Source: Raillietiella orientalis
Lineage: Eukaryota
NCBI GenBank assembly: GCA_036172245.1
Contig: JAYWIR010000032.1
Location: forward strand, 992,001 to 1,056,000
Direction: 5' to 3'
Length of the DNA stretch: 64,000 bases
In this document: positions 24,610-38,149 of the stretch, piece after piece
Layout of the letters: each line of letters opens with the position of its first letter
Position numbering within the stretch: the first letter of the stretch is position 1
The notes under the pieces: model-generated
The model's input: the letters and a program-made list of their open reading frames with translations, nothing else
Database searches by the model: none
Told to the model about the DNA's origin: nothing
Made by a program: the position numbers and the translations under genes

Positions 24610-25380
24610 TCCTCTTTTCTTTCCTTTGCTTCGCTAAGTGCTCAAGAACTGTTCGTCTGACGGCTCATGAAGCTCTTCAGCGCCGTCCACGCCAACTGAG
24701 GGTGCGTGCCAACTCTTCGAGATAAGGGTGACCCCGAAGGGACCATTCCGTGAATCCAGGAAGGCTCCGGGAGAAGAAGTCCGTTCCTCTTACTCTTGAG
24801 AGGGAATTCTGAAGGAAACTCTCGCCCTAAACCTCTGTTTCCGGAGGGGTCGCTGTAGGGGGGGACCATTCCTCATTTCTTCTCCCTAGGGAACCCGTGA
24901 AGGATCCACTCCTGGAATTTCGTCTCCAGAGAGACTCCCCACAAGGAAACCGCTTCCTGTTTCTTCCTCAGAAGAGAAACCCGAATGGAAGCTTTCTAGT
25001 TTCTCTGAGGGGAGCTTCTGACACTCTGGAGAGGCAACCTCTGAGAAGGGTATCAACTAGATCCGGGATACTCGATGGAGAGTTCGTTCCCCGAGGAGGT
25101 GTGGACGGCTCCATTTGCGCAATCGGAGGAGAATCCCGTGGCTCCTTGATTCCTGGAAGGGTCGAAGGGTCGAATTCCAATCCTGGCCAGTCCCCACAGG
25201 GATCTGGTTTTTCAGATACCAGCAGCGCTACATCCGAATGCAGGGCAACCAGCGTCACTTCGTGGAGGGAACCCGAACCCACAACGCACCCTCATTTCTC
25301 TGGTCGTCGACGCTTCTTCCGGTGGGATTTGAAGCCGCAACGCTTGATGCCACTCGCGGCGACCGCGGGCGTACACTTCC
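24610..25380 (-). mobile_element. Long SINE-like element, diverged copy 3
   Basis: The reverse complement shares with copy 1, in the same order: a B-box-like GGCTTCAAATCCC, GACGCTGGTTGCCC, CCAGGAATCAAGGAG, GAGGAACGGACT..GAGCCTTCCTGGATTCA and the terminal ACTTAGCGAA plus A-rich tail. Confidence 0.7.
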
Positions 25381-28300
25381 TAGGATTTCCAGACCACAGA
25401 TTTCTAAACGCGGCTTCGAATACGAAAAATCAAAGGGAAGCTGGCAGCACCTGACAGCATGCGTCCGCCGCCGTCGCATGTGGCACAGCATCGTCAAGGA
25501 GACGCACTTGAAGTGGGTGGCGAGCTTTCTCTCCAGGTCAGAAGACACCAGAAACCTCCCCTCTTTTTTTCGGATGTCACCTCGGTCTCTTCTCTACGAC
25601 AAAGCGATCGATCTACAGTTTCGGGCGTGGGACGCGCCTTTGGGAACACTCCCGGAAGCGATGAAATTTTCAGGACTGAGGGCAGGAATGAAGAGGCGCA
25701 AAGAGGAGGAGAAAAGAGGGGGAAAGGCAAGGAAGGGATGGTCCCAAAGCCAAAGAAAGCCTCAGTTGGAATGAGCTGACCTCGCGGTGGTGAGCGTGAC
25801 TCTTACTCGATATCCTGGTCAGGCAAGGATAAGAGCAGAGAAGGTGGGGTGCCGCGAGGCGATCCCAAAGATCTGGAGGGTCGCTCCCTGGGACGGTGAC
25901 CGCCGACGCCCCTTCCACCGTCGCTCGCTCGCACGTGCGCGGACTGGTGAGAAAAAACTCGCGCAGTGGACTCCAGCAGGGGGCGTTGCCTGAGCCCACC
26001 GCCCGAGTCCTGCCGTCAGAGTTTGTCCTTCTGGGGGATGCCGTCAGAGGTTCGTCTTAGCCAGCGACGACGACCCGGGGGAGCGCACGGCCCCATCCCC
26101 GGGCTATTCCACACGTCCGATGCAGGGTCGCCACCCTCCTCCCCACGTCTTTAGCTTCTGGCTGTCGGACAGTCTCCAGTCTCCGCCGCGAGTACCCCGC
26201 TGCTCTTCTTCTTCGTGCCACAGGGATACAGACCTCTGACTCCGGCAGGGAAGGGAGAGGACCAAGGACGGGTTCTGTCCTCTGGCAAGAAGGAGAGGGC
26301 ATCAGGCGCTTCCCTACCAGCGGAGGGACGGTCGCCTGACCTCGGTGCGTCCTTTCTCTGCCGGTGCCGCTGTCGGGTGCTCTCGCGGGCGTCTCTCCCC
26401 TCTTTCCCGCGCCTCGCCTCCTGATCTTGCGGGGTCAGGCTGACCAAAAGGGTCGCATGCGCCTCCTGTCAGCGAGGCTGGAAACCTCCCGTCCTCTTAC
26501 ACAGAGGCTGAAGACGCTCGCCCGCGGTCGAAGGGATTCTTGGAGTGCCTTCGGTGCGCCGCTCGCTCGCTCGCTCGCGCGGACGGGTGGTTTATGGAGC
26601 GCGGGAAATGACGTTCCCTTGGCCCGGGCGCTCCTTTCCCTTCCGCCGGACTCGGGGTTTTTTTAATACATGTATTTCTGTCACATTAGTTTTACAATTT
26701 AAACAAGAAATTTTTCATTTTTGTTGTCAACAAAATATTCTATTAAACTGCTCCCTGCCTTTTAAAAATAATTAAATTTAAAATTTATTTATTTAAAAGA
26801 AACCTGCGCTCCAGGGAAGAGGAATGGGAGCGAGAAGAGTCGCGACGGTGGGTTTCCGCCACTGCGGCCCGTCCGGGGGCACGGGGTTTCTTCGTGAGGT
26901 GAGCAAGGGTGGATCGCTGACTTCATTGCGGGCAGCGGGCTCTCTCGGACGGGTCACCATCCCCACCCCGTCTCAGCCGGTGTGAGTCTCTCGTGCGTGC
27001 TTCCGTGCTTGGGGCCACGCGGGGGGACCACGGTTGGCCCGGGAAGAAAGGTCTTTCGAGACTCGAGGGAATGCGCACGAGGGAGGCAGGTTTTACCGCC
27101 GCCCCTTCGCGCCCCGCCTGGGGATGTTCACGAGGGGTTCGCACTCGCGGGCCTCCCGAAAATCCTGCGCAACCGAGGCGGCTTCTCTTCCTCGCTTCCT
27201 GGAGCATCCGAAAGTGACGAGAGCACCCCGGATGGGTCGCTTTTTTTTTCGAGACGGGGAGGGGGGCGGGGACAGAGATGATATCGGCCCCCTTCGGTCG
27301 AGAAAGGCGTCGACCTGACCTGACCCGCTTCTAACTCCTTCCATTTGGCAGGTGTAAACCCGAGAAATGGGATGAGGATGAGGAAAAGAAAGAAGGGGAG
27401 GAAGAGGAGGAGGGGAAGAGAAAAAGGATGGGGAAGAGAAAAGGGGAGAGGTAATAGAGGAGGGAGAGGAGGAGGCGGGCTTGCCTTTAGATCTCCTTTC
27501 CTTCCTCTTTACTAAGCTAAGCGAGGCGCCTTCCCCTTTCCTCGGACTTTAGGGTCGCTTGCTGCTGCAGGAGACCACGGACTCGAGGACCTTCGTGTTT
27601 TCCGCAAGGCCGCGGGGCGAAGGGCATATCTCCTCCCGCGCAGCCGGAAGCTCCGCCGCGAATCCCGGATTCCAGGTTCCCCGGAAGGGAATCGAAACGG
27701 AGTCCCTGCCCACGCCGTTCCCCCTCCACCGCCTCGTCCTGTCGGATCATCCCGGATGCTGCGCGTTCGAGGGTCCATCTCGCGCTCCAGACCCGCTCCA
27801 GAAAACCTCAACTCCATCGGCTGCTTCGGCGCTCCGCCTTCGGCCCGGACATTGGCTGAATCCCTCGAGCAAGCTGACCTTTCGCGTTCAAGAGGTCTCC
27901 CGGGAGCTCAAGGTCGTCCAGGGAGTTGCCGCCGTCTGCCACCCCTCCCCCCGCCCGACCGCTCGGAAGGCGCGAAGCTCTTGGGAGCTCCTCCTCCTTA
28001 TCTCCGGCAAGGCAGGGAAGGGACCGAGCGAACCCCTTAGCCCTGGATTCTCGAGCCGGACTCGGCCCGAGGGCACCTTCCTCTTCGGGAGTCCCTGGCC
28101 GGGACAGAGCGGCAGCACGCGGTCGGGGAGTCGGTTGCCGGGAAGCGAGAAGGGTCGCGGGCCTTCCGGCGTCTCCGGCGGGTCCATCGACCCCAGCCTG
28201 CGCATGGAGGGACGGATGGAGGGACGAGGAGGGCCGGCAGCTTTCCCGCGTCTGCCAAGCCATCTCCCTAATGAAGGCTCCCTCCTCCCCCGGTGCAATC

Positions 28301-28909
28301 CCCAGAATCCGTCGCGCCGCACGCACGGGGCATGCCGAGAAGAGCAATAAGAAGAGTAGCTGGCTAATAGCTTCTGGAGCCGAATGACTTGCCTTTCGCT
28401 GGCGCATTTCACGGATGAGTGCAACTCCTGACTTTCCCGGCTGCTCCTCCTCCTTCCTTCTGATCATCGCCGTCATCATCATGATCATCATCATCCATAT
28501 CGGTTTCGCCGCGGAGCACAGGAGACTTTCTATCTTTCCTTTTTTTTTTCTTTTACGCCGGAAATTAATTGGTGGCCCCCATTTGCAAATGGAAGCTACC
28601 CGGGCGCATGAAATCCGCTGCTCCCGGTTATCCCGAGCAAGATGGGAAAGTAATAAACGGAACGTGGAATGGCTCTTCTGCTCCCGCTTCGATCCTGACG
28701 TATTTACATTTTTATGATCATCCAATTCGACCGGAATTATAGCGAGCCAAATTGGGCGGTAAACACGGGCTACGGACGGGCACGGATCGCTGGGATCAGC
28801 GGCGGGCGGAGGCCAGGAATTTCCGGCGACGGCCGTCACGCGACGGCAGCCTTCGTTCTGCCGCCGCCGCCGATGACGAAGAGCACCTCTTCCCTCCCTC
28901 GCTTGCGGG

Positions 28910-29150
28910 GGAGGAGAAGCAGGAAGAGGAGGAGATGAGGAGGAGGAAGAGAAGGAAAAAGAGGGAGGGGAAGAAGAGAAGAAGGAGAATGAGGAAGAGG
29001 AGGTGGAGGAAGAGAGCAAGGAGAGAGGAAGAAGAAAAGAGGCAGAGAGGAAAAGAGGAAGGAGAGAGGAGGAGGAGAGGAAGAGAGGGAGAGGAGGAGA
29101 AAGGGGAGAAGAAAAGAGGAGGGAGAGTGGATAAGAGGAAAAGGAGGAAG
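28910..29150 (+). repeat. Polypurine (GA-rich) low-complexity tract
   Basis: About 240 bp almost entirely G/A. A shorter one lies at about 27375-27480. Confidence 0.9.
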
Positions 29151-31242
29151 GGGCCGTTGCCCTCCGTCCGTCCACTTCAAGCGCGCAGCAGACGTGAAGG
29201 CAACGGAGGATCCTGGCGGGGAACATTCCCCCTCCGCCAGGATTCCCGTCGCAGCCGGAGGAGGACACCGGGAGCTCTCAGGATGGGAGCAGCCGGGGGT
29301 CTTTGTATGGGAGCGGCGTTCCCCGTCTCTGCCCGTGTTGATGACGTGCTTTGCTATTCCATCAAGGCGCCCGATCCTGATTCCCTGCTCTGCGAGCTCT
29401 CGGGAACGCGCCGCATCCTTCCTTGGCATCCCATTAGCTCGAGCTCCGTGACTTCCAGGCCTCTCCCTGCCTGCCCGGAGAATCGCCCTTCCGCGATGCC
29501 TTCCTGCAGTCCTCCAGCAAGCCTCGATCTCTCCGGCGAAGCGACATCGCAAGTCGCGACGGGACAAGAATGACGAGCAGGATGGTGGAGGCGTCAGAGG
29601 CCGTTGCTTCGGCGCCGGGTCGGGAAGAGCCGACGCCCCGGAGGGCAGCGCACGAAAAGGTGACCGTGCCAACGCAAGTTCTCTTCGGAGGCTGTATGCG
29701 AGGCCAGGGAGCTTTCGGCAGGCCTCACCTCCTAAGCAGAGAGTGAAGCACGCTGGAGGCTGAATGGGACTGCGGCCGACTCGCGCCAGCAACGACCTCG
29801 CCTGTGTCCTCGCCCTTCATAAGAAGCGAAACGAAGACGGGGAATACGTAACGGGCAGGCGAGGAACGGAGATCGGGTGTGTGCGATGCTAAGATGGAGC
29901 CCTGCCGAGACTTCCTTCTGCGTCCCGGCTGTCTCTCCGTTTCGAGCGATCCAAGTAGACAAAAGGAGGAAATGCTCACTCCAGGGACCTGCCTCTGAGA
30001 GCTCTGCGCACACGCTGGAAAGCACGCGGTGCACCACCGGAGAGCGGAGACCACCTCGCGTCGGCGGCCGCGTGGCGCAGCAGCTGCCGACGTAAGAGGT
30101 CGCTGGGAAGAAAGGCTGCGATCTCTGCCAACGTCCGGCCTCCGTGTACTCTTTGGGGAGAACCCAAAAAACCTGTTGGTCAGGGAAGGCACTGGACTTT
30201 CCAGGATGTCGACACGCTTCTGCCCCGCTGCCACGTGGGTGGGCTCTCCGGTGGCGACTACGCCTTCTCACTGCTCGGACGGAAGACAGACTTCCTGCCC
30301 AGCAGGCGGCTGGCGATCGCCGACGCGGTTGCCCTGCACGCGGAGGGAACGCGCTGGACTCCGATAGGGATCGCACTCCGGAAGCGGGGGCTTCACCGTC
30401 CCTCCGGTCCGCGGCGTGGCGCACCCTGGCGGCGGCCCTCGAGCCCGGCTGCAAGGAGGCAGCCGGCATCGCAACAAATAGGGAAGGAGAGAGAATCCCC
30501 GAATTCCCTCAAGAAAAACCAGCATCGGGAAATTTAATTGAAAATCGCTTTGTTCTGCTGTTCCTGCGAAGAAGGAAGCAAATCGATTTCTCCTAATTGA
30601 AAGTTAACTTTGGATTTATGGTTCTGTATCACCGGATGACGTCACGAATCGTATCGGGGGAAGCAAAGCGTCTCCGCTCGGCGAACGCAGCTCCTTGGGA
30701 GCGAGGAGCCAATTTTTTTTCCCTTTCCCTTCATGTGAGAACAGAACAAAAAAAAAAAAAAAGGGAGCGTTCAATTTTACCTCTTTTTGGGGAGAGGCGT
30801 TTCTTTTTCGGAACAGGAAGACGAGCGGTGCACCGACGCGCGCGGCTCCGGCTGCGGCTACCCCGCCTGCGTCGACCGCGTGCACCGCGACGGGACAAGC
30901 GGACGTCCTTCCGCGCCTGTTCGCATCAGGCGAATCCTCCTTCGCGATCCCTCGGAGATGGAGGTGGGATCCTTCCTGCGCTGCCCTTCTGGAGGAAGAC
31001 GAAGGGCGTGTCCAGGGTCACACCGTCCTCGGGGCAGTCGGAAGGCTGCTGGAAGGCCTCCCCCAGGAAACCTCCCTCCCTGATGGGAATCGCAGGGGCG
31101 ACGACGCCGACGCGTCTTCCCTCGTCCCCTGCGTTCAACAACGTCGGCGCCCAATCCCGGGTAGGACATCCCTCCCAAGGAATGCGCACCCTATGCTTCT
31201 GGGATGTGTTGCAGGATACGCAGCAGGGCTGGACCCGCTGAT

Positions 31243-31404
31243 CTTCCACACCCGGTTGGCGCCGGGGCGTTTATTTCGAAAAAGAACAAATCCTCCGGGA
31301 GCAAAGTTCCTAGACAAAGGGAAAAGAGGTTCGAGGGGAAAGCTGCCTGACAGCAGGTCGGTCACAACGAAAGTCCGAGACGGGAGGGAGGGGATCACAA
31401 ACAG

Positions 31405-31436
<32 letters not shown>

Positions 31437-31640
31437 CAAAAAAGGATATGGGAGAGGGGATTAGGGGACAGGGATCTTTGGGTTCGACCGTTCCATCCTT
31501 TCAGAACCGGCATTGGAATGCCAAATATCTCCTTCCTCACGTCTTTTTTGAGATGAGGCCACCAGGCAGCCATCCTCACATTGACGTTGGCAATCCTGGT
31601 AACCTCTCTTGGAACCGCCTGCGGCTCCAACAGGCGGCGG
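31243..31640 (-). mobile_element. L1/Tx1-like LINE 3' end (copy D) containing an (AT)13 microsatellite at 31405-31430
   Basis: Minus strand has GATCCCTGTCCCCTAATCCC, a T-rich tract and the terminal AATAAACGCCCCGGCGCCAACCGGGTGTGGAAG, as in the other copies. Confidence 0.55.
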
Positions 31641-32949
31641 TCCGCCTTGTCATTGAAACGTTCCGGTCCCCGTCCGACTGCTTCCTAGGATCTTCTAAGA
31701 GGAGTCGGATCCCTGAACTTGATGGCTGCCTCCTACTGGCCACCTTCCATCGCCTGCTGCAGCAACGGTAGAAAAGGGGGGAGAGGAGTGTGGTTCCTGG
31801 ATTTGGAAGGTAGGAGTTTCGATTTTTGAATCGATAGATTGACGTGGCTAGGGGTCCTCCAGGGAGCGGTTGGAATTAATAAGGGGCAGAGCAAGGGAAA
31901 TTAACTGGAAACTGGCTCGAATATGGGCACTAGAGTGGGTCCTTGTTTTCTCTGCTTGCTCGCCGCACTCACTGCACCCTACTTTTTCGCCTCGGGGCCA
32001 GATTTAGGGGACTCGCTGTGTTACGGAGCAGCCCTGTTACTTGGGACCTGGTTGTGCTGGAGCAGGGTGCTTGCGGTCGGGGAAGTAGAGTCCTGGTTGT
32101 GCCGGTGCAGTGCAGATGCAGATCCAGCCTCTCATCTCTGTGCGTGTGGGGGTTGATTACGAACTGTTGACGCATCCCGGTGGCAGCACGGGGAGGAGGC
32201 GGCAGGTCGAACGGGACGCCAAGTTTCTTCGCAGGGGTTCTTGCAGGACCCTAAGAACTGACCACTACCCAAGGGAAGGCAGCGGTGACTCTTCCTTTAT
32301 GGGGGGCGCGGCGCAAGGGCTCATACTGAAGGGTTGAGTAAAGGGATCTTCAATACCGACGGGGTAGAGCAAGAGGTGATAGATCTCCCTCCGTAACCCA
32401 CCCCGGGGAGCATCTTGAGCACCGTAAGATGGGTCCATCCTGCCTCCTGGCAGAGTTGCGAGCGAGGCCTAATCCTCCGCTTTGCACCCGCAGATACCTG
32501 ACCTTTTGTCTTCCTCACCCGCGTCTTCCCTTTCTTAAAACGAGGGAGTCGGGATGGAAAGTTCCCTTCGTTTCCTGGTGGATTTCTGGAGTTCCTGGTT
32601 TCTCGCGGTTCTTCACAGAATGGTGAGACGAGAGAGGGCTCGGAGCGCAGCATCTAAGGAGAACTAAGCGCAGTCTCCCCGGAGGAAGAAGACCGTTCCA
32701 GGGAAGAGACTCACCGCCAGGTGGAGAGTCCGGTTCGGCCCGGCCGGCCGCCCTGGCGGCGGAATTTTTCTTCCCTCTGGCCCCCGCATCCCGACTCGGA
32801 GCGTCCGCGCGAGAGAAGCTGCACTGAAGGACCCGTTCGTCCCTGCATCCTTTCCGAGGAAGGCGCGCGCACCCGGAAGAGCTGACCTCGCCCTGCGTTT
32901 AAATGCATGGATAGCTCGGGAGCTGACAGATGCTGTCACCCTGAGTGTA

Positions 32950-33690
32950 CCTCTAAAAGGACTGTTACGCTGGGGAGAGGTACCACAAATTTCTCCGGAG
33001 GGGGTGAAGCGGCCAGCATGCTGGAACGCTGCTATCCTCTCCCTAGAGTGGAGGGAGTTGGTGATCCTTCTGTTGCATTGGTGCCTCCCGTGTAACTCTC
33101 TCCGACACCATTTGACCCGGGGGAGGAGGTGAGCCCAAACTGCGGCAGTTGCGGAGAGAGAGAGTCCCTCCCGCACCTGCTCATGGAGTGTGTTGCCCTC
33201 CGCTCCATGTGGGAACGCTTTGCTGCGACCCTTGGAACCCCCGGCTGCAACGCCAGAGACGTTTTGAAGCGCCTCTCCCTTCGCGTCACACTCACGCCAG
33301 CCGCATCCCTAGCAGCACTATGCTGCCTACTCGGCGGGATCGTCGCTGCATGGAACAACGCCAGAGAAGGCCAGAACGACAAGGACGGCATCTATTTTTC
33401 TGTCCTCTTCATGAAAATGACGTCAAAATGGCTCCTTCTGGGAGTCTCCAACAGGAACTTGCAAGCATTCTTACAAGGGCGCAGAGGACGCCTTCCAGCA
33501 CCCGATGATCCTTTCCCAAACTCTCCCAATTTTTTTGTATATATGTTTTTTGTTTGTCCTCCCCTCCCTCCCTCTGCTGCTGAGGCAGACCTGCCGGCCT
33601 GCGCGCCGGTTCTCTGCAGGTTCTTTTTTGTATAACGTGGCAGGACGCTTGTCCTGCCACTGAACGGTATGTTTATTTTTTTGAGATTGA
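32950..33690 (+). mobile_element. L1/Tx1-like LINE ORF2 C-terminus and 3' UTR (copy E)
   Basis: PNCGSCGERESLPHLLMECVALRSMW is an intact CX2C...HX4C zf-RVT-like motif. The 3' UTR carries the perfect hairpin GTGGCAGGAC-GCTT-GTCCTGCCAC. Confidence 0.75.
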
Positions 33691-35059
33691 GAACGATTGA
33701 GAACTGAAGGGAAGAGGAGCAACCAAGGCGGGAACGCAGGTTTGGCGGTAGCGGTGAGCGAAAGCACCCCTTCCTTCGCAGATGCAGGAGGGCGGTCCCG
33801 AGTCTTGAGCGTCCGAAAGGCATGCAGCACTCCAGGCCGTTACGTGCCCATCCGCGCCGACTGGAGGGAAGGGAGGTTCGGCACTTCACTTGCTTGCGGC
33901 GGTTTCTCTGCGTCGGTGGAACTGCGCCAGCGCGGGACTTCTCTCTCTCCTCTCCCGATTGTGCGCTACGCACCTTTTTTCTCCAGTCTAGAAGCGAGGT
34001 CAAAAGCAGGAAGCGGTCCTGGAACGCGCACAGATCGGTGTATCATCTTTTTTTTTTCGGAGTGAAAAGGCGATCCAGCGTTCCGTCTGATCCCGTAGGA
34101 AAGCGACGATTGAGGTTGCAGCATCGCCTTCGGCACATCCCTCTCTCTTGACCGTGAAATCTAGCGTCTCGGTCCAGAGGCGCCGGGTGTCCGGCCAGAC
34201 GGCGTCGTTGTCTCCGGACGGCTCTGGTCTATGGTGGTGGTCAGCGGGTTTCCCCTTCTCAGAGGGAGTAAGGAGGGAATCGGGACCATCCGAAAGCCCC
34301 AAGCTCGCCTGGCGAGGACTCCACTTCAACGGGAACGGCAACAAAAGCCAACGTCTCGCGAAGCACCGTCGGGGCAGGGGGAGACGTGGACGCTTCGAGG
34401 GCAAAAGGTCCGAGCAAAAGGATTTACTAATGTCCTACAATCCTGCGTGGTTCCTGGGATTTGCTTCCCGTTTTTTTTTTCTACTCGCCCCCTCTCTCCC
34501 ATCTCCCGCTGGAGGTTCGGCAGGAGGGAGAGAGCCCGACAACTCCCCTGGCGGGAGGCACGAAATTGCAAATCTCAGATCTCCTGCGGAGGCTGCGCTA
34601 TTCGAAAACGAATAACCGAGATCGTGATGCAATCGTGTTCTGCATTATCCATCAGCACACTCGAGGAAGAGTTCTACAGCAGCTTTGGCAGATGCAGGGA
34701 GTTCCCGAAATCCCATCAGAAGGGAAATCGTCGTCATCAAGCGCAGAAGGAGCGGACACTGACCGCCGGGATCGATGGACCCACTCTCGAAAGGGATCCG
34801 CAGACCAGAGGAAAACCTAGAAGGGCAAGTGCGGGCGCGAACCGACGCTGGCGACGTGGCTGCATCTGCCGCTTGCCGCGTCCAAGGTCGGGGAAGAAGG
34901 CCAGAGGGGGAAGTCAGAGCTCTCTGTCGAGCAGGACTGAGAAGCGCGGCCTGAAAGAGACTCCTAGCGTTGACGGGGCGACGGAGGAACACTCGCAGCT
35001 GCCTCGGCCAGAGGCACAGGCGCACAGGAGAGGAGGAGAGCAAACAGTGCTAAAGAGGT

Positions 35060-36100
35060 TGGGGTGGGGAAGGTGGACAACTTCCCCACAGTCGATCTGC
35101 CCATCCGTCACCGGCTCCGCGAGATGATTTCGAGAGCTAAATGCGCATGCGTCGGTCACACGTCCCTGGACTGTCGCAGATCCGAGCTTTTTCCCCTCCT
35201 CGCACGAACCGCCATCGCGCGTTTTCGAGATCCAGAGAGCTCCCGTGGCGCCGCCGTTTGCTGGAGACACCACTCGCATCACCGGGGCAGGTCCCCTTTC
35301 AGAGGCGAAGCAGAGAAACCGTCTGCGCTCTCCAAAGTGTCCTGACCCCCATATCCATGACTTGCGACTGGCAAGTGCACTCGACTCTCTCTGCTCCCCT
35401 TCTCCTGTTGCCCCGTGGCACCGGACGTGTTCCAGGGTTGGAATCCAGTCGCTTCGGAAACGGGCTGGTTCCAAAACGTCAGGCGACCACGCCACAAGGG
35501 TCACCTAGAGCAAGCCTGCCTCCGGACGAACCCGGACCGGGATCCGGGAGAAAAGATCGGATTGCGGATGCAGGTCATCTGGACCGAAGGGTTCCGGATG
35601 ACCACTCTTGCAGAACCGTGGTCCGGAGAATGGACTTCTTGCCTCGTGCAGGAAGACCCACCCACAGATACGGGACTTTCCAGGGTGGAGGCGCTCCGGG
35701 ATGTCGAGACGAGGGCTTTCTCGAACGCTTGCGACCCTCCTCCGCCTTTCGCTCGGCCGTTGCCAAGCAGCCCAAGGAGGCGTGCGAAAGATTTTTCCAC
35801 GCTTGCGTTCTTGGAGATGCTGCGACCAGCGGCAACGGTCATCCTGCGCCCACCTTCGCCACTTCCTCGCACCACCCCGGCTCGGAGGCGCACGTCTCGT
35901 GAGGGTTTGTCCTCATCTGGTCCGATGGACCGACTTGTTTCCGGAGTAGCGTTCCGCAGCACCTTCTCCTTCTTCCTTCCCTGGGGGTCTTCCGTGCCCC
36001 GTGACCTCCGGGTTCGCTTCCTCCGGATTCCACGAACCCAGGGATCGTACAGCGATCGCTTTGGTACGGGTGCTGGGAGCAGTTTCTCCGCCGGAGAAAC
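35060..36100 (+). mobile_element. Possible decayed LINE ORF1 zinc knuckle and endonuclease remnant
   Basis: AKCACVGHTSLDC is gag-knuckle-like. It is followed by KQPKEACERFFHACVLGD, reminiscent of the APE YAP...R..FF...LGDFN. Very degenerate. Confidence 0.3.
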
Positions 36101-38149
36101 CGGGAGCCGGTCCTCTTCTCATCTCGCCGTCCCGACCTGGCCTCGCCGCTTCCAGTGCTGCAGAAGAAGGTTCGCCCGCTGTCACTGCTTTCCCGCCAGC
36201 CTGGAGCAGCTCCGCCCTGATCGGATGGGTTGTCTAGAGACCACCGGCTCCCGCTTTTCTTGCAGTCCAGTGGCTCCGGGACATTCGCTTCAAAATTAAC
36301 AGACCTCTGACAGGTGTCTGGGAACCGAGCTGCCAGCAAAACAGCACAAGCGGGTCATCGGATGGGGATGACCACAGGCACGCAGGCCGGCTTCCAAGGA
36401 AGTCGGGAGAGAAGGAGCGATGAAAAGAGTGGAAGAAGAGGTCTTTGGTTCAGCTGCTCCTTCCTTCCTGGAGCTATCGCTGCGCGCTGACCATCTCTCT
36501 GGAGACTTCTTCTTCCCAGACGCGAGGCCACCTTGCGGCCGTCCTCTCCAAGGAGGCTGCCGTGCGTGCGGCGTTCCCTGGCTGCGCTCGAAACTGCAGC
36601 GCGTATAAGATGGCGCGGCTGCTGCATCTCGTCGCGATCAGGGCGCCTGCCACGAGTCCTTGTTACGCGAAGAAACGCCGCAGCGGGTTCACCACCACGG
36701 TGTCCTCCGGGTTTCAAGGTGCCCGAAACGGCTTCCACCAGAGCTCTCGGGGAGCGCCGCAGTCAGTGCCGAGGTGCGGGAAGGGGCGCTTCCTTGCGGA
36801 GCCTCCGTGGTCCGGGCTCCCGATCCGCCGCGTCTCGCGGCGATGACTTGCTCGCACCCCGCGCGTGACGGTGTCTGAGGGACTCCTTACGCGCCTGCTG
36901 TCCCCGCTGCGCACTGACCGTACACGTGGTGGGCACGAAGAAATTCATCGGCAACCGAAAGAGGTCCTCCGCCGAGCGGTGAGTGCGTCGCCCCGAAACA
37001 AGGCGCCGTCTCCTTGGCATGGGTGCTTTCCGAACAGGGGAAGCGCGCCCTGCTCGCGTGAGCCGTGGGATCTCCCGCAGGCCGGAGCATTTTCTTCCTC
37101 ACGTATTCGACGGAAGCTGCGTCTCGCAGGCGATTTCTTCAAGACTCCTCGTTGCCTTCAAGGGTGCAGGTCTCCTTCCGTCCGCCTGCCGTGCTGGGCG
37201 CTCGCGGCATCGCCTACGCAGCCTGCTGAGTCCTCATTCGATGCGAGCATTCTCGCCAGCCCCCATCCGTCAGAGACGTCCGCAGGCTCTTTCGGACCAC
37301 AGAAGGCGGATGTCCTTCGGGACAACCGCTGTGCCGACGGATATGGGGCGAGGGGGAGGGTTCGGAGCTGCCACCCTCCGCGAATTCTTCGCCGTCCTCG
37401 TGCGGCCGCAAGAGGAGGGGACCGAGGCGTTCGCTCGCGGGGCCACCGCGTGCGCGTTTCTTCGCCGCCCTTCCGAGTGCACGAAAACGCTTCTTGGCGT
37501 GCTTCTGGCATCACGCTGTCGTGCAGCAGCTTCAGACGACCTTCTGCGGGGGAATCGTCATCTTCTTAGGGTAGATCCGGGAGAAGGAGGCATGTTGCTG
37601 TCGCGTGCGTGCCATCGCTGGCTGCTCTTCTTGATGGAGGCTCCAGGAGTTGTCTCGTTGTGTTGTCTCCTCGTCAGGAGACATCTTGTCGGTTTGTGTC
37701 CTCGTCAGGTGACATTTCGTTGAGCTGTCTCTCTGTCTCCTTGTTCAGGAACTACCAACGTGCTTTCTTGAGTTCTCCAGACTGCGGCAAGGTATATAGG
37801 GGGTGAAGGCTCCCTTTTCCTTTCACTTTCGAGAGCGCATGCGTCGGTTGTTGGCCCACTGGGATGGACAGGAACGTTCTTCGAGAACTGGAAAATCGGA
37901 GAACACGCGCAAGTCACCACGGCAAGGTGATGGCGCAGTGCAACATCCGAAAGAACGGATGCAACCCCGTCGACACGGTAGGGCGCCGACCTAGGCGGGT
38001 GAGTGGAAGCGGAAGGGCCAGCAGCCTTAGGGTGCACGTGGATGGCGAAACTCGATGGGTGCGCGTTGGCACAGCAGGAGAAGAAGTGCGACGTCGGGCG
38101 GAGGGAGGTCTGGCAGAGTTCCGTAGGTGTATCCGCGTAGGTCATTCCG

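Noticed and set aside
28300..28430. Alternative terminal exon for the Beat-like gene (…ISQLLFLLLFSAC)
   Set aside because: There is no polypyrimidine acceptor and no nearby stop. The 49205-49147 exon fits much better.
27808..29792. Long ORFs of 486, 273 and 318 aa
   Set aside because: They are products of GC-rich and polypurine low-complexity sequence, with no domain or splice support.
36400..37600. piggyBac-like transposase remnant on the minus strand (GPLSVADEF...GVPQTPSRAG)
   Set aside because: Only one weak motif pair and no TTAA/TIR ends found. Too uncertain to annotate.
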